A stretch of DNA of 37,726 nt from a virus (Duplodnaviria; Heunggongvirae; Uroviricota; Caudoviricetes): the IMG/VR virus record IMGVR_UViG_2711768052_000002, one strand, 5' to 3'. The translations under genes were made by a program, and so were the position numbers. Of this stretch, positions 16,121 through 24,930 are shown in pieces (the first letter of the stretch is position 1; every line of letters starts with the position of its first letter). The notes under the pieces were generated by a model. The model made no database searches, was not told the origin of the DNA, and saw only the letters and a program-made list of their open reading frames with translations.

Positions 16121-17452
16121 TTACTGGATGAATGACATTTGATTAATATATTTTATCAATAACTCTCTGGGTGTAGTACTCCAAAAATTTAGGTGTTCAT
16201 AATCAGTATAAACATTGGTGAATTTTTTAAGTTCTTCATCACTTTTAGGGGCAAATCGCTCATTAAGAGTAATACTGTCTTTAATTATTCCGAAGAATAC
16301 AATAGATATTTCAGGAATTTGCGATCTTCTCTCATAAGAATAAGGTATTTCTTTTATGTTAAGCAGATCTGCTAAATGAGATATAGATTCTGCGGTAATT
16401 TCTTGTTTTAGTTTTTCCTTGTCACCAAAGCAATGTATGAAGACAGCTACGACAAAGATCTTATTTATTAAAGGATCACTGTTTTTGTACTCATCGTCGT
16501 TTAATAGTTGAAAAATGTTAAGATTGCGTGAAAAAGTTTGTGTTTCACGTAAGGATAAGTTGGTTCGTTGAATTAAATCACGGATAAATCTACCAGATAA
16601 ACTATTAATTTCATTTAATGATTTTGTCTTGTCTACAAGGTAATTCCAATATATAACAGATGTTTTACATACGACGTGACCATTTATTAAACATGTGTCT
16701 GGAAGCGTGATGGTATATTTTATAAACTTGTCAAGATACTTTTGTGAGTTAATACTATAACCATAAATATGATTTATCGATGCTTTTAATTGTTCTGTGT
16801 TTGTAACTAAAATAAAAAAGACATTATTGATGTCAAAAATGTGTTTTATTGTTTCAATGACATTTGTTGAAAAACTCGGCTTACATCGGTCTAATTCATC
16901 AATTATAATTACTATCTTTTGACTTTCTGAAATGCTTTCGATACAAGATTTAAGTGAATTTATGTTTTTCTCTGATTCCATATGGTCTTCAAGCAAATTT
17001 TCAATAGTCCCATCTATTGCTGCATTGCTTGCTTTCTTCATCGCATCTTGGAATTCTTCGGAAACTTCACTAGCCTCCTGTCGTAAAAACCAACCTGCAC
17101 CAGCTTTTAGTACCGTTTTTAAACCAAAGCGAATTGCAGGAAGAGATCTCTTAATGAAGTGTTGTTTTTCTTCCTCAGGTAAAATGCTGGCAATTGCAGA
17201 GGTTATGAGAAGTAATGGAGATTCTGCATGATCCCCTTTAAAGGCATCAATATAAACAACTTTAGATTCAGTTTCTTGCTCAATAATGAGATTTTTCAGT
17301 TTGATACTAAATTCTGTTTTCCCTGTTCCCCATGCGCCGTCTATTACCAGTGGTGAAATGTCTGCCTCTGGTTTTAGCAACTTGATGATATTTTCAGCGA
17401 TGTTTCTGCGTTGGAACTCGTCACGTTCAGTGAAAGATAGTGTATCTAACAT
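16121..17452 (-). CDS. KAP-family P-loop NTPase (moron cargo)
   Basis: Walker A in KAP form GAWGTGKTEF and Walker B IVIIIDELDRCKP (the DELDR signature typical of KAP NTPases); AT-rich; opposite strand to the phage operons; inserted between Q and the late terminator. Confidence 0.7.
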   Translation of the reverse strand: MLDTLSFTERDEFQRRNIAENIIKLLKPEADISPLVIDGAWGTGKTEFSIKLKNLIIEQETESKVVYIDAFKGDHAESPLLLITSAIASILPEEEKQHFIKRSLPAIRFGLKTVLKAGAGWFLRQEASEVSEEFQDAMKKASNAAIDGTIENLLEDHMESEKNINSLKSCIESISESQKIVIIIDELDRCKPSFSTNVIETIKHIFDINNVFFILVTNTEQLKASINHIYGYSINSQKYLDKFIKYTITLPDTCLINGHVVCKTSVIYWNYLVDKTKSLNEINSLSGRFIRDLIQRTNLSLRETQTFSRNLNIFQLLNDDEYKNSDPLINKIFVVAVFIHCFGDKEKLKQEITAESISHLADLLNIKEIPYSYERRSQIPEISIVFFGIIKDSITLNERFAPKSDEELKKFTNVYTDYEHLNFWSTTPRELLIKYINQMSFIQ

Positions 17453-17575
17453 AATATAAACCTATTAACTCCTACAGTAAAAAACGAATAATACGACTTT
17501 GGGATTAAAAATCATTAACGCGGTCCGCAAAAATTCTTGTAATCTGTTAAGAGTGGTTACTTCGCCACACAGCTT

Positions 17576-17608
17576 AAACCCGCCGTCGAGCGGGTTTTGT
17601 CGTTTTTG
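17576..17608 (+). terminator. tR'-like intrinsic terminator upstream of lysis genes (expected Q antitermination target)
   Basis: AAACCCGC-CGTCGA-GCGGGTTT stem followed by TGTCGTTTTTGTT; located ~140 nt upstream of the holin gene. Confidence 0.5.
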
Positions 17609-17748
17609 TTGCTGGGGATTCGTTGGGCCTGGCCTATCCCGCAATTATCCATTGGTTCGGCTCTTTGACGTTTCCGCTTCTGATTTGCGGTACATGATGT
17701 TCCCTCAATTTGCACCTGCTGTATCAGCGAGGTGAGAGATAACTACAA

Positions 17749-18075
17749 ATGCCTCATAACCCAAATACCTGGTTGGAGTTGGTCCAGAGCTGGTGGCGTG
17801 GAGACACACCGCTGGGCGCAGTGATTATGTCGATTGTTATGGCTGGCTTGCGCATTGCATATTTTGGCGGTGGTGGGGGCTGGAAACGAAAAACGCTCGA
17901 GATTTTGCTCTGTGGTGCTCTGACTCTGACTTTTGCATCCGCTCTTGAGTATGTCGGATGGCCTAAATCTCTTTCTGTTGCCATTGGTGGCGGCGTTGGG
18001 CTAATCGGGGTCGATGCTATTCGTGGGGCTGCAATGAGAGTAATCGGTAATAAGTTTGGTGGCTCTAAGGAGTAA
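17749..18075 (+). CDS. S: holin, lambda S family
   Basis: 108 aa with hydrophobic helices and pattern parallel to lambda S (GAVIMSIVMAGLRIAYFGGGG..., C-terminal charged tail); immediately precedes the endolysin. Confidence 0.7.
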   Translation: MPHNPNTWLELVQSWWRGDTPLGAVIMSIVMAGLRIAYFGGGGGWKRKTLEILLCGALTLTFASALEYVGWPKSLSVAIGGGVGLIGVDAIRGAAMRVIGNKFGGSKE

Positions 18076-18078
18076 TTT

Positions 18079-18555
18079 ATGCAGGTACTAAATTCCCAGC
18101 GTAAAGCTTTCCTCGATATGGTGGCATGGTCAGAAGGAACGGATAACGGGCGACAACCGACACGTAATCACGGTTATGATGTTATTGTTGGCGGCGAACT
18201 GTTTACTGATTACTCTGATCACCCTCGCAAACTTGTCACGCTAAACCCCAAACTCAAATCAACAGCCGCCGGACGTTATCAGCTTCTTTCACGCTGGTGG
18301 GATGCCTACCGTAAGCAGCTTGCTCTGAAAGACTTCTCCCCCAAAAGCCAGGATGCTGTGGCACTGCAACAGATTAAAGAGCGTGGCGCTTTACCGATGA
18401 TTGATCGCGGTGATATTCGTCAGGCTATCGACCGTTGCAGCAATATCTGGGCGTCGTTACCCGGTGCAGGTTATGGTCAGTATGAACATAAAATCGGTGA
18501 TTTGATTGCCCGGTTTAAAGAGGCTGGTGGGGTGGTAAATGAAGCTGAGCTATAA
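18079..18555 (+). CDS. R: endolysin, lambda R-type lytic transglycosylase
   Basis: Near-identity over long stretches to recalled lambda R (NQRKAFLDMVAWSEGTDNGRQ.TRNHGYDVIVGGELFTDYSDHPRKLVTLNPKLKST.AGRYQLLSRWWDAYRKQL...). Confidence 0.9.
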   Translation: MQVLNSQRKAFLDMVAWSEGTDNGRQPTRNHGYDVIVGGELFTDYSDHPRKLVTLNPKLKSTAAGRYQLLSRWWDAYRKQLALKDFSPKSQDAVALQQIKERGALPMIDRGDIRQAIDRCSNIWASLPGAGYGQYEHKIGDLIARFKEAGGVVNEAEL

Positions 18556-18919
18556 GCTGGTTATCGTTGGTTTCTTCGTTACTGTCATTGGTTCTTTCAT
18601 CTGGTCGGCCAACCACTACTACAGCAAATATCAGCACGAAAAGAAACGTGCTGATGAGGCTGTACAAAATGCTGAATCTGCAACAGCCATTACCCGTAAC
18701 GTCCTGCAATCACTGCAAATCGTCAATACAGTTATAGAGGTTAACCAGCATGCAAAACAGCAGATCGCACTGGAGTCACAGAGAACCCAGAAAGATATCA
18801 AAGTGGCTGTGGCGGATGATGGTTGTGCTGCACGCCTTGTGCCTGCTGCCGCTGCTGAGCGGTTGCGGAAGTACGCGGACAGTTTACGTGAGCACTCCGG
18901 CTACAACATTACCGACTAG
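18539..18919 (+). CDS. Rz: i-spanin Rz
   Basis: N-terminal TM anchor (LVIVGFFVTVIGSFIW), coiled-coil periplasmic domain; overlaps the R stop; contains the Rz1 start in the +1 frame. Confidence 0.75.
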   Translation: MKLSYKLVIVGFFVTVIGSFIWSANHYYSKYQHEKKRADEAVQNAESATAITRNVLQSLQIVNTVIEVNQHAKQQIALESQRTQKDIKVAVADDGCAARLVPAAAAERLRKYADSLREHSGYNITD

Positions 18920-19073
18920 TCTGACTTCTGAAACACCTGTACCGTTCATACCAAATCCTCTGACTTATGGTGCCAGCCTGGAGCTGAATGTGAGTCTGTT
19001 GTCTGCACTGGCTAACTGCAATCGGGATAAAGCTGATATTCGTAAAATAGATGCAGAGAGAACTAACCATTAA
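18816..19073 (+). CDS. Rz1: o-spanin Rz1 (outer-membrane lipoprotein)
   Basis: Signal peptide with lipobox LLSGC, then a Pro/Thr-rich short mature protein; starts inside Rz in the +1 frame and extends past the Rz stop. Confidence 0.6.
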   Translation: MMVVLHALCLLPLLSGCGSTRTVYVSTPATTLPTSLTSETPVPFIPNPLTYGASLELNVSLLSALANCNRDKADIRKIDAERTNH

Positions 19074-19094
19074 GCAATAAAATTGTCAAATTAA

Positions 19095-19721
19095 TCAGTT
19101 GTCAAATGAATATACGTTAAAGGTATATGTCGACATAATTTCACCAAGTACCTCAATACATATACTTTTTTTATGAAAGATACTGGGGAAGGAACTTAGC
19201 TCTTCAAGGCATTGCACATAAGTGCTGATATCACTTGCATCACGTTCAAGGAATTTCACTTGGCCAAAAGAAGGAGTATTAATCCTAGTTCTTTGCTGGA
19301 TTATATGGATAAAATGTGTAGTTGGTGAAACTATTACTCTTGAAATATCGGAAATGATGTCTTCTTGAACTTGCCGATAAAGTAAATCCTTTGGGTAATG
19401 GTGTTTGATCTCGATGGTTGCAACATTGCCATTATGTTCAGACGTTAATATCGACTGGTTATAAAGTGATATGTCAACAGCGCCGATACCGAGTTTTGGA
19501 TGCTCACTTAAAGCAGTTAGTGTGCTGATTTGATTGAGAATAACAACTAACTCATCACGTATTTGAGTTTCATGTTTGCGATTGTAGAAGTAGCAATTCA
19601 GTTCATTTAACTTTTTATGCATCCTATCGTGACTAATTGCTTCGATCAGTAAATCCTGAATCATACTTTTCTCTAGGTAATCCGAACGGTTGTAAGTGAC
19701 AGTATTGTGCTGGCATGTCAT
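19095..19721 (-). CDS. hypothetical protein, possible PD-(D/E)xK-type nuclease (moron cargo)
   Basis: 208-aa AT-rich ORF on the strand opposite the phage late genes; GAVDIS...(~20 aa)...VATIEIKHH fits a D...E-x-K nuclease arrangement (tentative). Confidence 0.5.
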   Translation of the reverse strand: MTCQHNTVTYNRSDYLEKSMIQDLLIEAISHDRMHKKLNELNCYFYNRKHETQIRDELVVILNQISTLTALSEHPKLGIGAVDISLYNQSILTSEHNGNVATIEIKHHYPKDLLYRQVQEDIISDISRVIVSPTTHFIHIIQQRTRINTPSFGQVKFLERDASDISTYVQCLEELSSFPSIFHKKSICIEVLGEIMSTYTFNVYSFDN

Positions 19722-19764
19722 TAGTATGTAAAGGTATTGTGAATGCCAGCAAGATAACGAAGTA

Positions 19765-20118
19765 TCATCGATAGAAAAACTTTACGGCCCACTCGTAAAC
19801 CGCTTTGTAAATCGGTTCATGGTAAATACTATCGATACTATTCAGATGTGCGATCATCGCCTCCACAGTTGTAGTGGTTGTTTCTAATATTTCGATTATT
19901 GCAGGGCGGTCATCATCTTCATCGAAGTATTCGAACAGCAGTACAGGTTTACCATGCCATTCAGCATCTGAGACTCTAAGGTTACAACTACCGCTCAACT
20001 CAAAGTGAATTTTGTAATTACCTTCTACAGAATGGCCTACGGGGAAAAAGCATAGGGTGTCATCTTTGTTTAAAAGCCATTCCCATTCATAACTATTCAT
20101 TTGTGAACTCCTGTTCAT
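19765..20118 (-). CDS. hypothetical small acidic protein (moron cargo, upstream partner of 19095..19721)
   Basis: 117-aa AT-rich ORF with RBS GGAG before the ATG; acidic stretch EYFDEDDDRPAIIEILETTTTT; co-oriented and tightly spaced with the downstream 208-aa ORF. Confidence 0.5.
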   Translation of the reverse strand: MNRSSQMNSYEWEWLLNKDDTLCFFPVGHSVEGNYKIHFELSGSCNLRVSDAEWHGKPVLLFEYFDEDDDRPAIIEILETTTTTVEAMIAHLNSIDSIYHEPIYKAVYEWAVKFFYR

Positions 20119-20250
20119 TGAGTTTCAACAACTATCAACTACATCCAGCGAAGCATAAAAGATCGTTTATGGCAAAACCGGAGTGGAGTGCGATTCGATT
20201 CTGAGAAGGATGCCACGTATCGCACGCGAACCATCCAAGAGGATTATGCA

Positions 20251-20601
20251 ATGCCACCACGAACCCCAAAAGCCTGCCGCGTTCGCGGCTGCCCCCATAC
20301 CACCACTGACTCGTCAGGCTACTGCGAAAGCCACAAAAGCGAAGGCTGGAAGCAATACAAGCCGGGCCAGTCCCGCCATCAGCGTGGTTATGGTTCGAAG
20401 TGGGACGGTATCCGCGCGCGTGTCCTGAAGCGTGACAAAGGTCTGTGTCAGTTATGTCTGCGTGATGGTGTGGTGCACGAGGCGAAAACCGTTGACCACA
20501 TCATCCCTAAAGCGCATGGCGGCACTGATGCCGACTGTAATCTGCAGAGTCTGTGCTGGCCGTGTCATAAGGCGAAGACGGCCCGTGAACGGCTGAAGTG
20601 A
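20251..20601 (+). CDS. HNH endonuclease (terminase-associated)
   Basis: Cys-rich zinc-finger/HNH motifs (CRVRGCPH...CESH; DHIIPKAHGGTDADCNLQSLCWPCHKAKT); located immediately upstream of terS as in HK97-like packaging modules. Confidence 0.8.
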   Translation: MPPRTPKACRVRGCPHTTTDSSGYCESHKSEGWKQYKPGQSRHQRGYGSKWDGIRARVLKRDKGLCQLCLRDGVVHEAKTVDHIIPKAHGGTDADCNLQSLCWPCHKAKTARERLK

Positions 20602-20726
20602 TAATGATTCTCAACCGCCAGAGGGGAGGGGCGGGTCAAATCTCTGTGACCTGACGCCTTCAGGACTGCCCGCCCCATCGTTTTTTTATACCCGCGAAAA
20701 ATGAAATTTAACCAGGAGTGCCGCAT

Positions 20727-21221
20727 ATGGCTGGAACGGCGGGGCGTTCCGGGCGTCGCCCCAAGCCAACGGCGCGCAAGGCGCTGGCCGGAAACCCCGG
20801 CAAGCGAGCCCTGAATAAAGATGAACCTGTTTTTACGCCCATCAAAGGTGTTGAGCCACCGGAGTGGTTCGCTGAAGAAGATCTCCCTCTCGCCACGATC
20901 ATGTGGCAACTGACAACCAAAGAACTCTGCGGTCAGGGCCTGCTGTGCGTGACTGACCTCGCGGTGCTTGAGCGGTGGTGCGTGGCCTATGAGTTCTGGC
21001 GACGTGCCGTGAAAAATATTGCCAGCCAGGGCAACACCATTACCGGTGCAATGGGCGGTATGGTCAAAAACCCGGAGCTGACCGCCAAGAAAGAACAGGA
21101 GTCCGAGATGAGCAGCACGGGGGCAATGCTCGGACTCGACCCCAGCAGCCGCCAGCGTCTGATTGGCCTGGCGGGGCAGAAGAAAGCCACTAACCCGTTT
21201 CTGAAAATCATCGAGTCATGA
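20727..21221 (+). CDS. terminase small subunit (P27-family-like)
   Basis: N-terminal basic segment ([29 protein letters not shown]) typical of P27-type small terminases; AGGAG RBS 10 nt before ATG 20727; overlaps terL start. Confidence 0.8.
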   Translation: MAGTAGRSGRRPKPTARKALAGNPGKRALNKDEPVFTPIKGVEPPEWFAEEDLPLATIMWQLTTKELCGQGLLCVTDLAVLERWCVAYEFWRRAVKNIASQGNTITGAMGGMVKNPELTAKKEQESEMSSTGAMLGLDPSSRQRLIGLAGQKKATNPFLKIIES

Positions 21222-22951
21222 GCCGGAAATCTTACCCCAACGTAAATGCTGCCAATCAGTATGCCCGGGATGTCGTGCGCGGAAAGATTGTTGCCTGCCA
21301 GTTTGTGATTCAGGCCTGCCAGCGCCATCTTGATGACCTGATGGCGGAAAAAAGTAAGTCGTTTCGTTACCGCTTCGACAAGGACCTGGCTGAACGGGCT
21401 GCGAAATTTATTCAGCTGTTGCCGCACACCAAGGGTGAGTGGGCATTCAAACGGATGCCCATCACGCTGGAGCCGTGGCAGCTATTTGTGATCTGCTGTG
21501 CGTTTGGCTGGGTCAATAAAGGCACCCGGTTGCGCCGCTTCCGGGAGGTGTATACCGAAATCCCCCGTAAGAACGGCAAATCAGCAATCTCTGCCGGTGT
21601 TGCCCTGTATTGTTTTGCCTGTGATAACGAGTTTGGCGCGGAAGTGTATTCCGGTGCCACGACAGAGAAACAGGCGTGGGAAGTCTTTCGCCCGGCGCGA
21701 CTGATGTGTAAACGCACACCCATGCTGACGGAAGCGTTCGGGATTGAGGTTAACGCCTCAAACATGAACCGTCCGGAGGATGGCGCGCGGTTTGAACCGC
21801 TGATCGGCAACCCCGGTGATGGTTCATCACCCCACTGTGCCGTGGTTGATGAATATCACGAGCATGCCACCGATGCGCTTTATACCACAATGCTTACCGG
21901 GATGGGGGCGCGACGTCAGCCACTGATGTGGGCCATCACCACCGCCGGGTACAACATTGAGGGGCCGTGCTACGACAAGCGGCGGGAAGTCATCGAGATG
22001 CTCAACGGCTCGGTGCCTAACGATGAACTGTTCGGGATCATCTATACCGTTGATGAAGGTGACGACTGGACCGACCCGCAGGTGCTGGAAAAAGCCAATC
22101 CAAATATTGGCGTGTCGGTTTATCGCGAATTTTTGTTAAGTCAGCAGCAGCGTGCGAAAAATAACGCCCGTCTGGCAAACGTCTTTAAAACAAAACACCT
22201 CAATATCTGGGTGTCGGCGCGTTCGGCGTATTTCAACCTGGTGAGCTGGCAGAGCTGCGAGGATAAATCACTGACCCTTGAGCAGTTCGAGGGGCAGCCG
22301 TGCATTCTGGCCTTTGACCTGGCGCGTAAGCTGGATATGAACAGCATGGCGCGACTTTATACCCGCGAGATTGACGGTAAAACGCATTACTACAGTGTGG
22401 CCCCGCGCTTCTGGGTACCGTATGACACGGTGTACAGCGTCGAGAAAAATGAAGATAGACGGACAGCCGAACGCTTTCAGAAATGGGTGGAAATGGGCGT
22501 CCTGACCGTTACCGATGGTGCAGAGGTGGATTATCGCTACATCCTCGAGGAGGCCAAAGCGGCGAACAAAATCAGCCCGGTCAGTGAGTCACCCATCGAC
22601 CCCTTCGGGGCGACCGGGCTGTCACATGACCTTGCTGATGAAGATCTGAATCCCGTCACTATCGTCCAGAACTTCGCCAATATGTCCGATCCGATGAAAG
22701 AGCTGGAAGCAGCGATTGAATCGGGACGCTTTCATCATGACGGCAATCCCATCATGACCTGGTGTATCGGCAATGTGGTCGGCAAAAACATGCCAGGTAA
22801 CGATGATTTAGTGAAGCCCGTCAAGGAGCAGGCGGAAAACAAAATCGATGGTGCGGTTGCACTGATTATGACGATCGGTCGGGCAATGCTCAAAGAACCT
22901 GACGATTTCCTCTCATCTCTTGATCCGGACGATGATCTCTTAATTCTATGA
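21218..22951 (+). CDS. terminase large subunit
   Basis: 577 aa; ATPase Walker A-like region ([18 protein letters not shown]) and Walker B/nuclease acidic motifs ([21 protein letters not shown]); position after terS. Confidence 0.9.
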   Translation: MSRKSYPNVNAANQYARDVVRGKIVACQFVIQACQRHLDDLMAEKSKSFRYRFDKDLAERAAKFIQLLPHTKGEWAFKRMPITLEPWQLFVICCAFGWVNKGTRLRRFREVYTEIPRKNGKSAISAGVALYCFACDNEFGAEVYSGATTEKQAWEVFRPARLMCKRTPMLTEAFGIEVNASNMNRPEDGARFEPLIGNPGDGSSPHCAVVDEYHEHATDALYTTMLTGMGARRQPLMWAITTAGYNIEGPCYDKRREVIEMLNGSVPNDELFGIIYTVDEGDDWTDPQVLEKANPNIGVSVYREFLLSQQQRAKNNARLANVFKTKHLNIWVSARSAYFNLVSWQSCEDKSLTLEQFEGQPCILAFDLARKLDMNSMARLYTREIDGKTHYYSVAPRFWVPYDTVYSVEKNEDRRTAERFQKWVEMGVLTVTDGAEVDYRYILEEAKAANKISPVSESPIDPFGATGLSHDLADEDLNPVTIVQNFANMSDPMKELEAAIESGRFHHDGNPIMTWCIGNVVGKNMPGNDDLVKPVKEQAENKIDGAVALIMTIGRAMLKEPDDFLSSLDPDDDLLIL

Positions 22952-23098
22952 AATCACTAATTGCTGATGTTATCGGGCTGGCTGGTTTTGGCCTGCTTAC
23001 GTGCGGGGTTTACCTGCAGTTTGGTATGGCTCCGGCTCTGATTTTGTCCGGTGCTTTACTGCTGGTGGGCGCACTGGCTATGGCCAGAAGGGGGACGC

Positions 23099-24325
23099 GT
23101 GCTGCTTGATGCTCTGTTCAGAAGTAAATCACTGGAGAATCCTTCCACCCCGATAACCGGGGATGCCGTTGATACTGATGGGCTGTTCCGGGCAGACGTT
23201 TATGTCAGTCCTGAGACTGCGATGAAACTGGCTGCGGTGTATTCCTGTATCTATGTCCTGTCTTCCAGCCTTGCCCAGATGCCGTTGCATGTTATGCGCA
23301 GGCACAAGGGGAAGGTTGAACCCGCACGCGATCATCCTGCGTTTTATCTGGTTCATGATGAGCCCAATACCTGGCAAACCAGCTACAAATGGCGCGAACT
23401 GAAGCAACGTCACATCCTTGGCTGGGGGAATGGGTATACCTGGGTGAAACGTAATCGTCGCGGTGAAGTCATATCCCTGGATTGCTGTATGCCGTGGGAA
23501 ACGACGCTGATGAATACTGGTGGCCGATATACCTACGGTTTGTACAACGAATATGGGGTGTTTGCGATCAGTCCGGACGATATGATCCACATCCGTGCGC
23601 TGGGTAATAATCAGAAGATGGGGCTGAGTCCGATTATGCAACATGCCGAAACAATAGGCATGGGGATGAGCGGTCAGAAGTACACAGAAAGCTTCTTCAG
23701 CGGTAATGCCCGTCCGGCGGGGATAGTATCCGTTAAAAGCGGACTCAATAAGGAAAGCTGGGGCTGGCTTAAAGATCAGTGGCAGAAGGCATCGCAGGCG
23801 TTACGCCGCCAGGAAAACAAAACCATGCTGCTGCCAGCCGATCTGGATTACAAGGCACTGACTGTGTCGCCAGTTGACGCTCAGATCATTGACATGATGA
23901 AGCTGAACCGTTCAATGATCGCCGGTATTTTCAATATTCCTGCGCACATGATTAATGACCTCGAAAAAGCCACCTTCTCCAATATTTCTGCGCAGGCGAT
24001 TCAGTTTGTCCGCTACACGATGATGCCGTGGGTGACGAACTGGGAGCAGGAGCTTAACCGTCGCTTGTTTACCCGCGCTGAGTTAGCTGCCGGGTATTAC
24101 GTCAGGTTCAATCTGACGGGGCTTTTACGCGGAACTCCGCAGGAGCGCGCGCAATTCTATCACTTCGCTATTACCGATGGATGGATGAGCCGTAATGAGG
24201 CCCGCGCATTCGAGGATATGAATCCGGTTGAAGGGCTGGACGAGATGCTGGTAAGCGTGAATGCTGCTAACCCGGCAGGAGATTTTAAGCCCCCAAAAAA
24301 CGATGAGGGAAAAACCAATGAATGA
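23099..24325 (+). CDS. portal protein (HK97 family)
   Basis: Size and position between terL and prohead protease; start placed at GTG 23099 preceded by strong RBS AAGGGGGA (track start 23051 lacks an RBS). Confidence 0.85.
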   Translation: MLLDALFRSKSLENPSTPITGDAVDTDGLFRADVYVSPETAMKLAAVYSCIYVLSSSLAQMPLHVMRRHKGKVEPARDHPAFYLVHDEPNTWQTSYKWRELKQRHILGWGNGYTWVKRNRRGEVISLDCCMPWETTLMNTGGRYTYGLYNEYGVFAISPDDMIHIRALGNNQKMGLSPIMQHAETIGMGMSGQKYTESFFSGNARPAGIVSVKSGLNKESWGWLKDQWQKASQALRRQENKTMLLPADLDYKALTVSPVDAQIIDMMKLNRSMIAGIFNIPAHMINDLEKATFSNISAQAIQFVRYTMMPWVTNWEQELNRRLFTRAELAAGYYVRFNLTGLLRGTPQERAQFYHFAITDGWMSRNEARAFEDMNPVEGLDEMLVSVNAANPAGDFKPPKNDEGKTNE

Positions 24326-24920
24326 CCGTGAAATCCGTTGTTACAGCGGTGAGGTGCGTGCTGAGCGGCATGACGATAACCCGGCGCACATTATCGGTTA
24401 TGGATCGGTGTTTGACTGTCGTTCTGAGCTGATATTCGGTTCATTCCGCGAAATCATCCGGCCCGGCGCTTTTGACGATGTGCTTGGTGATGATGTACGC
24501 GCACTGTTTAACCACGATCCTAATTTTATTCTTGGGCGTAGTGCAGCAGGCACGCTGAATCTTTCAGTTGATGAGCGCGGATTGCGCTATGACATCCAGG
24601 CTCCGGAGACACAGACCATTCGTGATCTGGTGCTGGCCCCGATGCAACGTGGAGATATTAACCAGTCATCTTTCGCTTTCCGTGTCGCCCGTGACGGTGA
24701 GGAGTGGTATCAGGATGAGGACGGGGTTGTTATTCGCGAGATAACCCGCTTTTCCCGTCTGCTGGATGTCAGTCCTGTGACATATCCTGCCTATCAGGAG
24801 GCTGACTCGGCTGTTCGCTCCATGAAAGCATGGAAGGAGGCGCGCAACAGTGGCGCGCTACAGAAAGCCATTAATCAACGTATGGCGCGTGAACGCGTCC
24901 TGACCCTTCTTAACGCGTAA
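24318..24920 (+). CDS. prohead protease (HK97 family, peptidase U35)
   Basis: Start overlaps portal stop with RBS GAGGGA; conserved HK97-protease-like N-terminal region (HIIGYGSVFD...GAFDD...LFNHD); immediately precedes the major capsid gene. Confidence 0.85.
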   Translation: MNDREIRCYSGEVRAERHDDNPAHIIGYGSVFDCRSELIFGSFREIIRPGAFDDVLGDDVRALFNHDPNFILGRSAAGTLNLSVDERGLRYDIQAPETQTIRDLVLAPMQRGDINQSSFAFRVARDGEEWYQDEDGVVIREITRFSRLLDVSPVTYPAYQEADSAVRSMKAWKEARNSGALQKAINQRMARERVLTLLNA

Positions 24921-24930
24921 AGGAAACATC

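Noticed and set aside
16932-17231. 99-aa plus-strand ORF opposite the KAP NTPase gene
   Set aside because: Antisense to a gene with clear Walker A/B motifs; no support.
23129-23644. 171-aa minus-strand ORF inside the portal gene
   Set aside because: Antisense shadow ORF within a confidently called gene.
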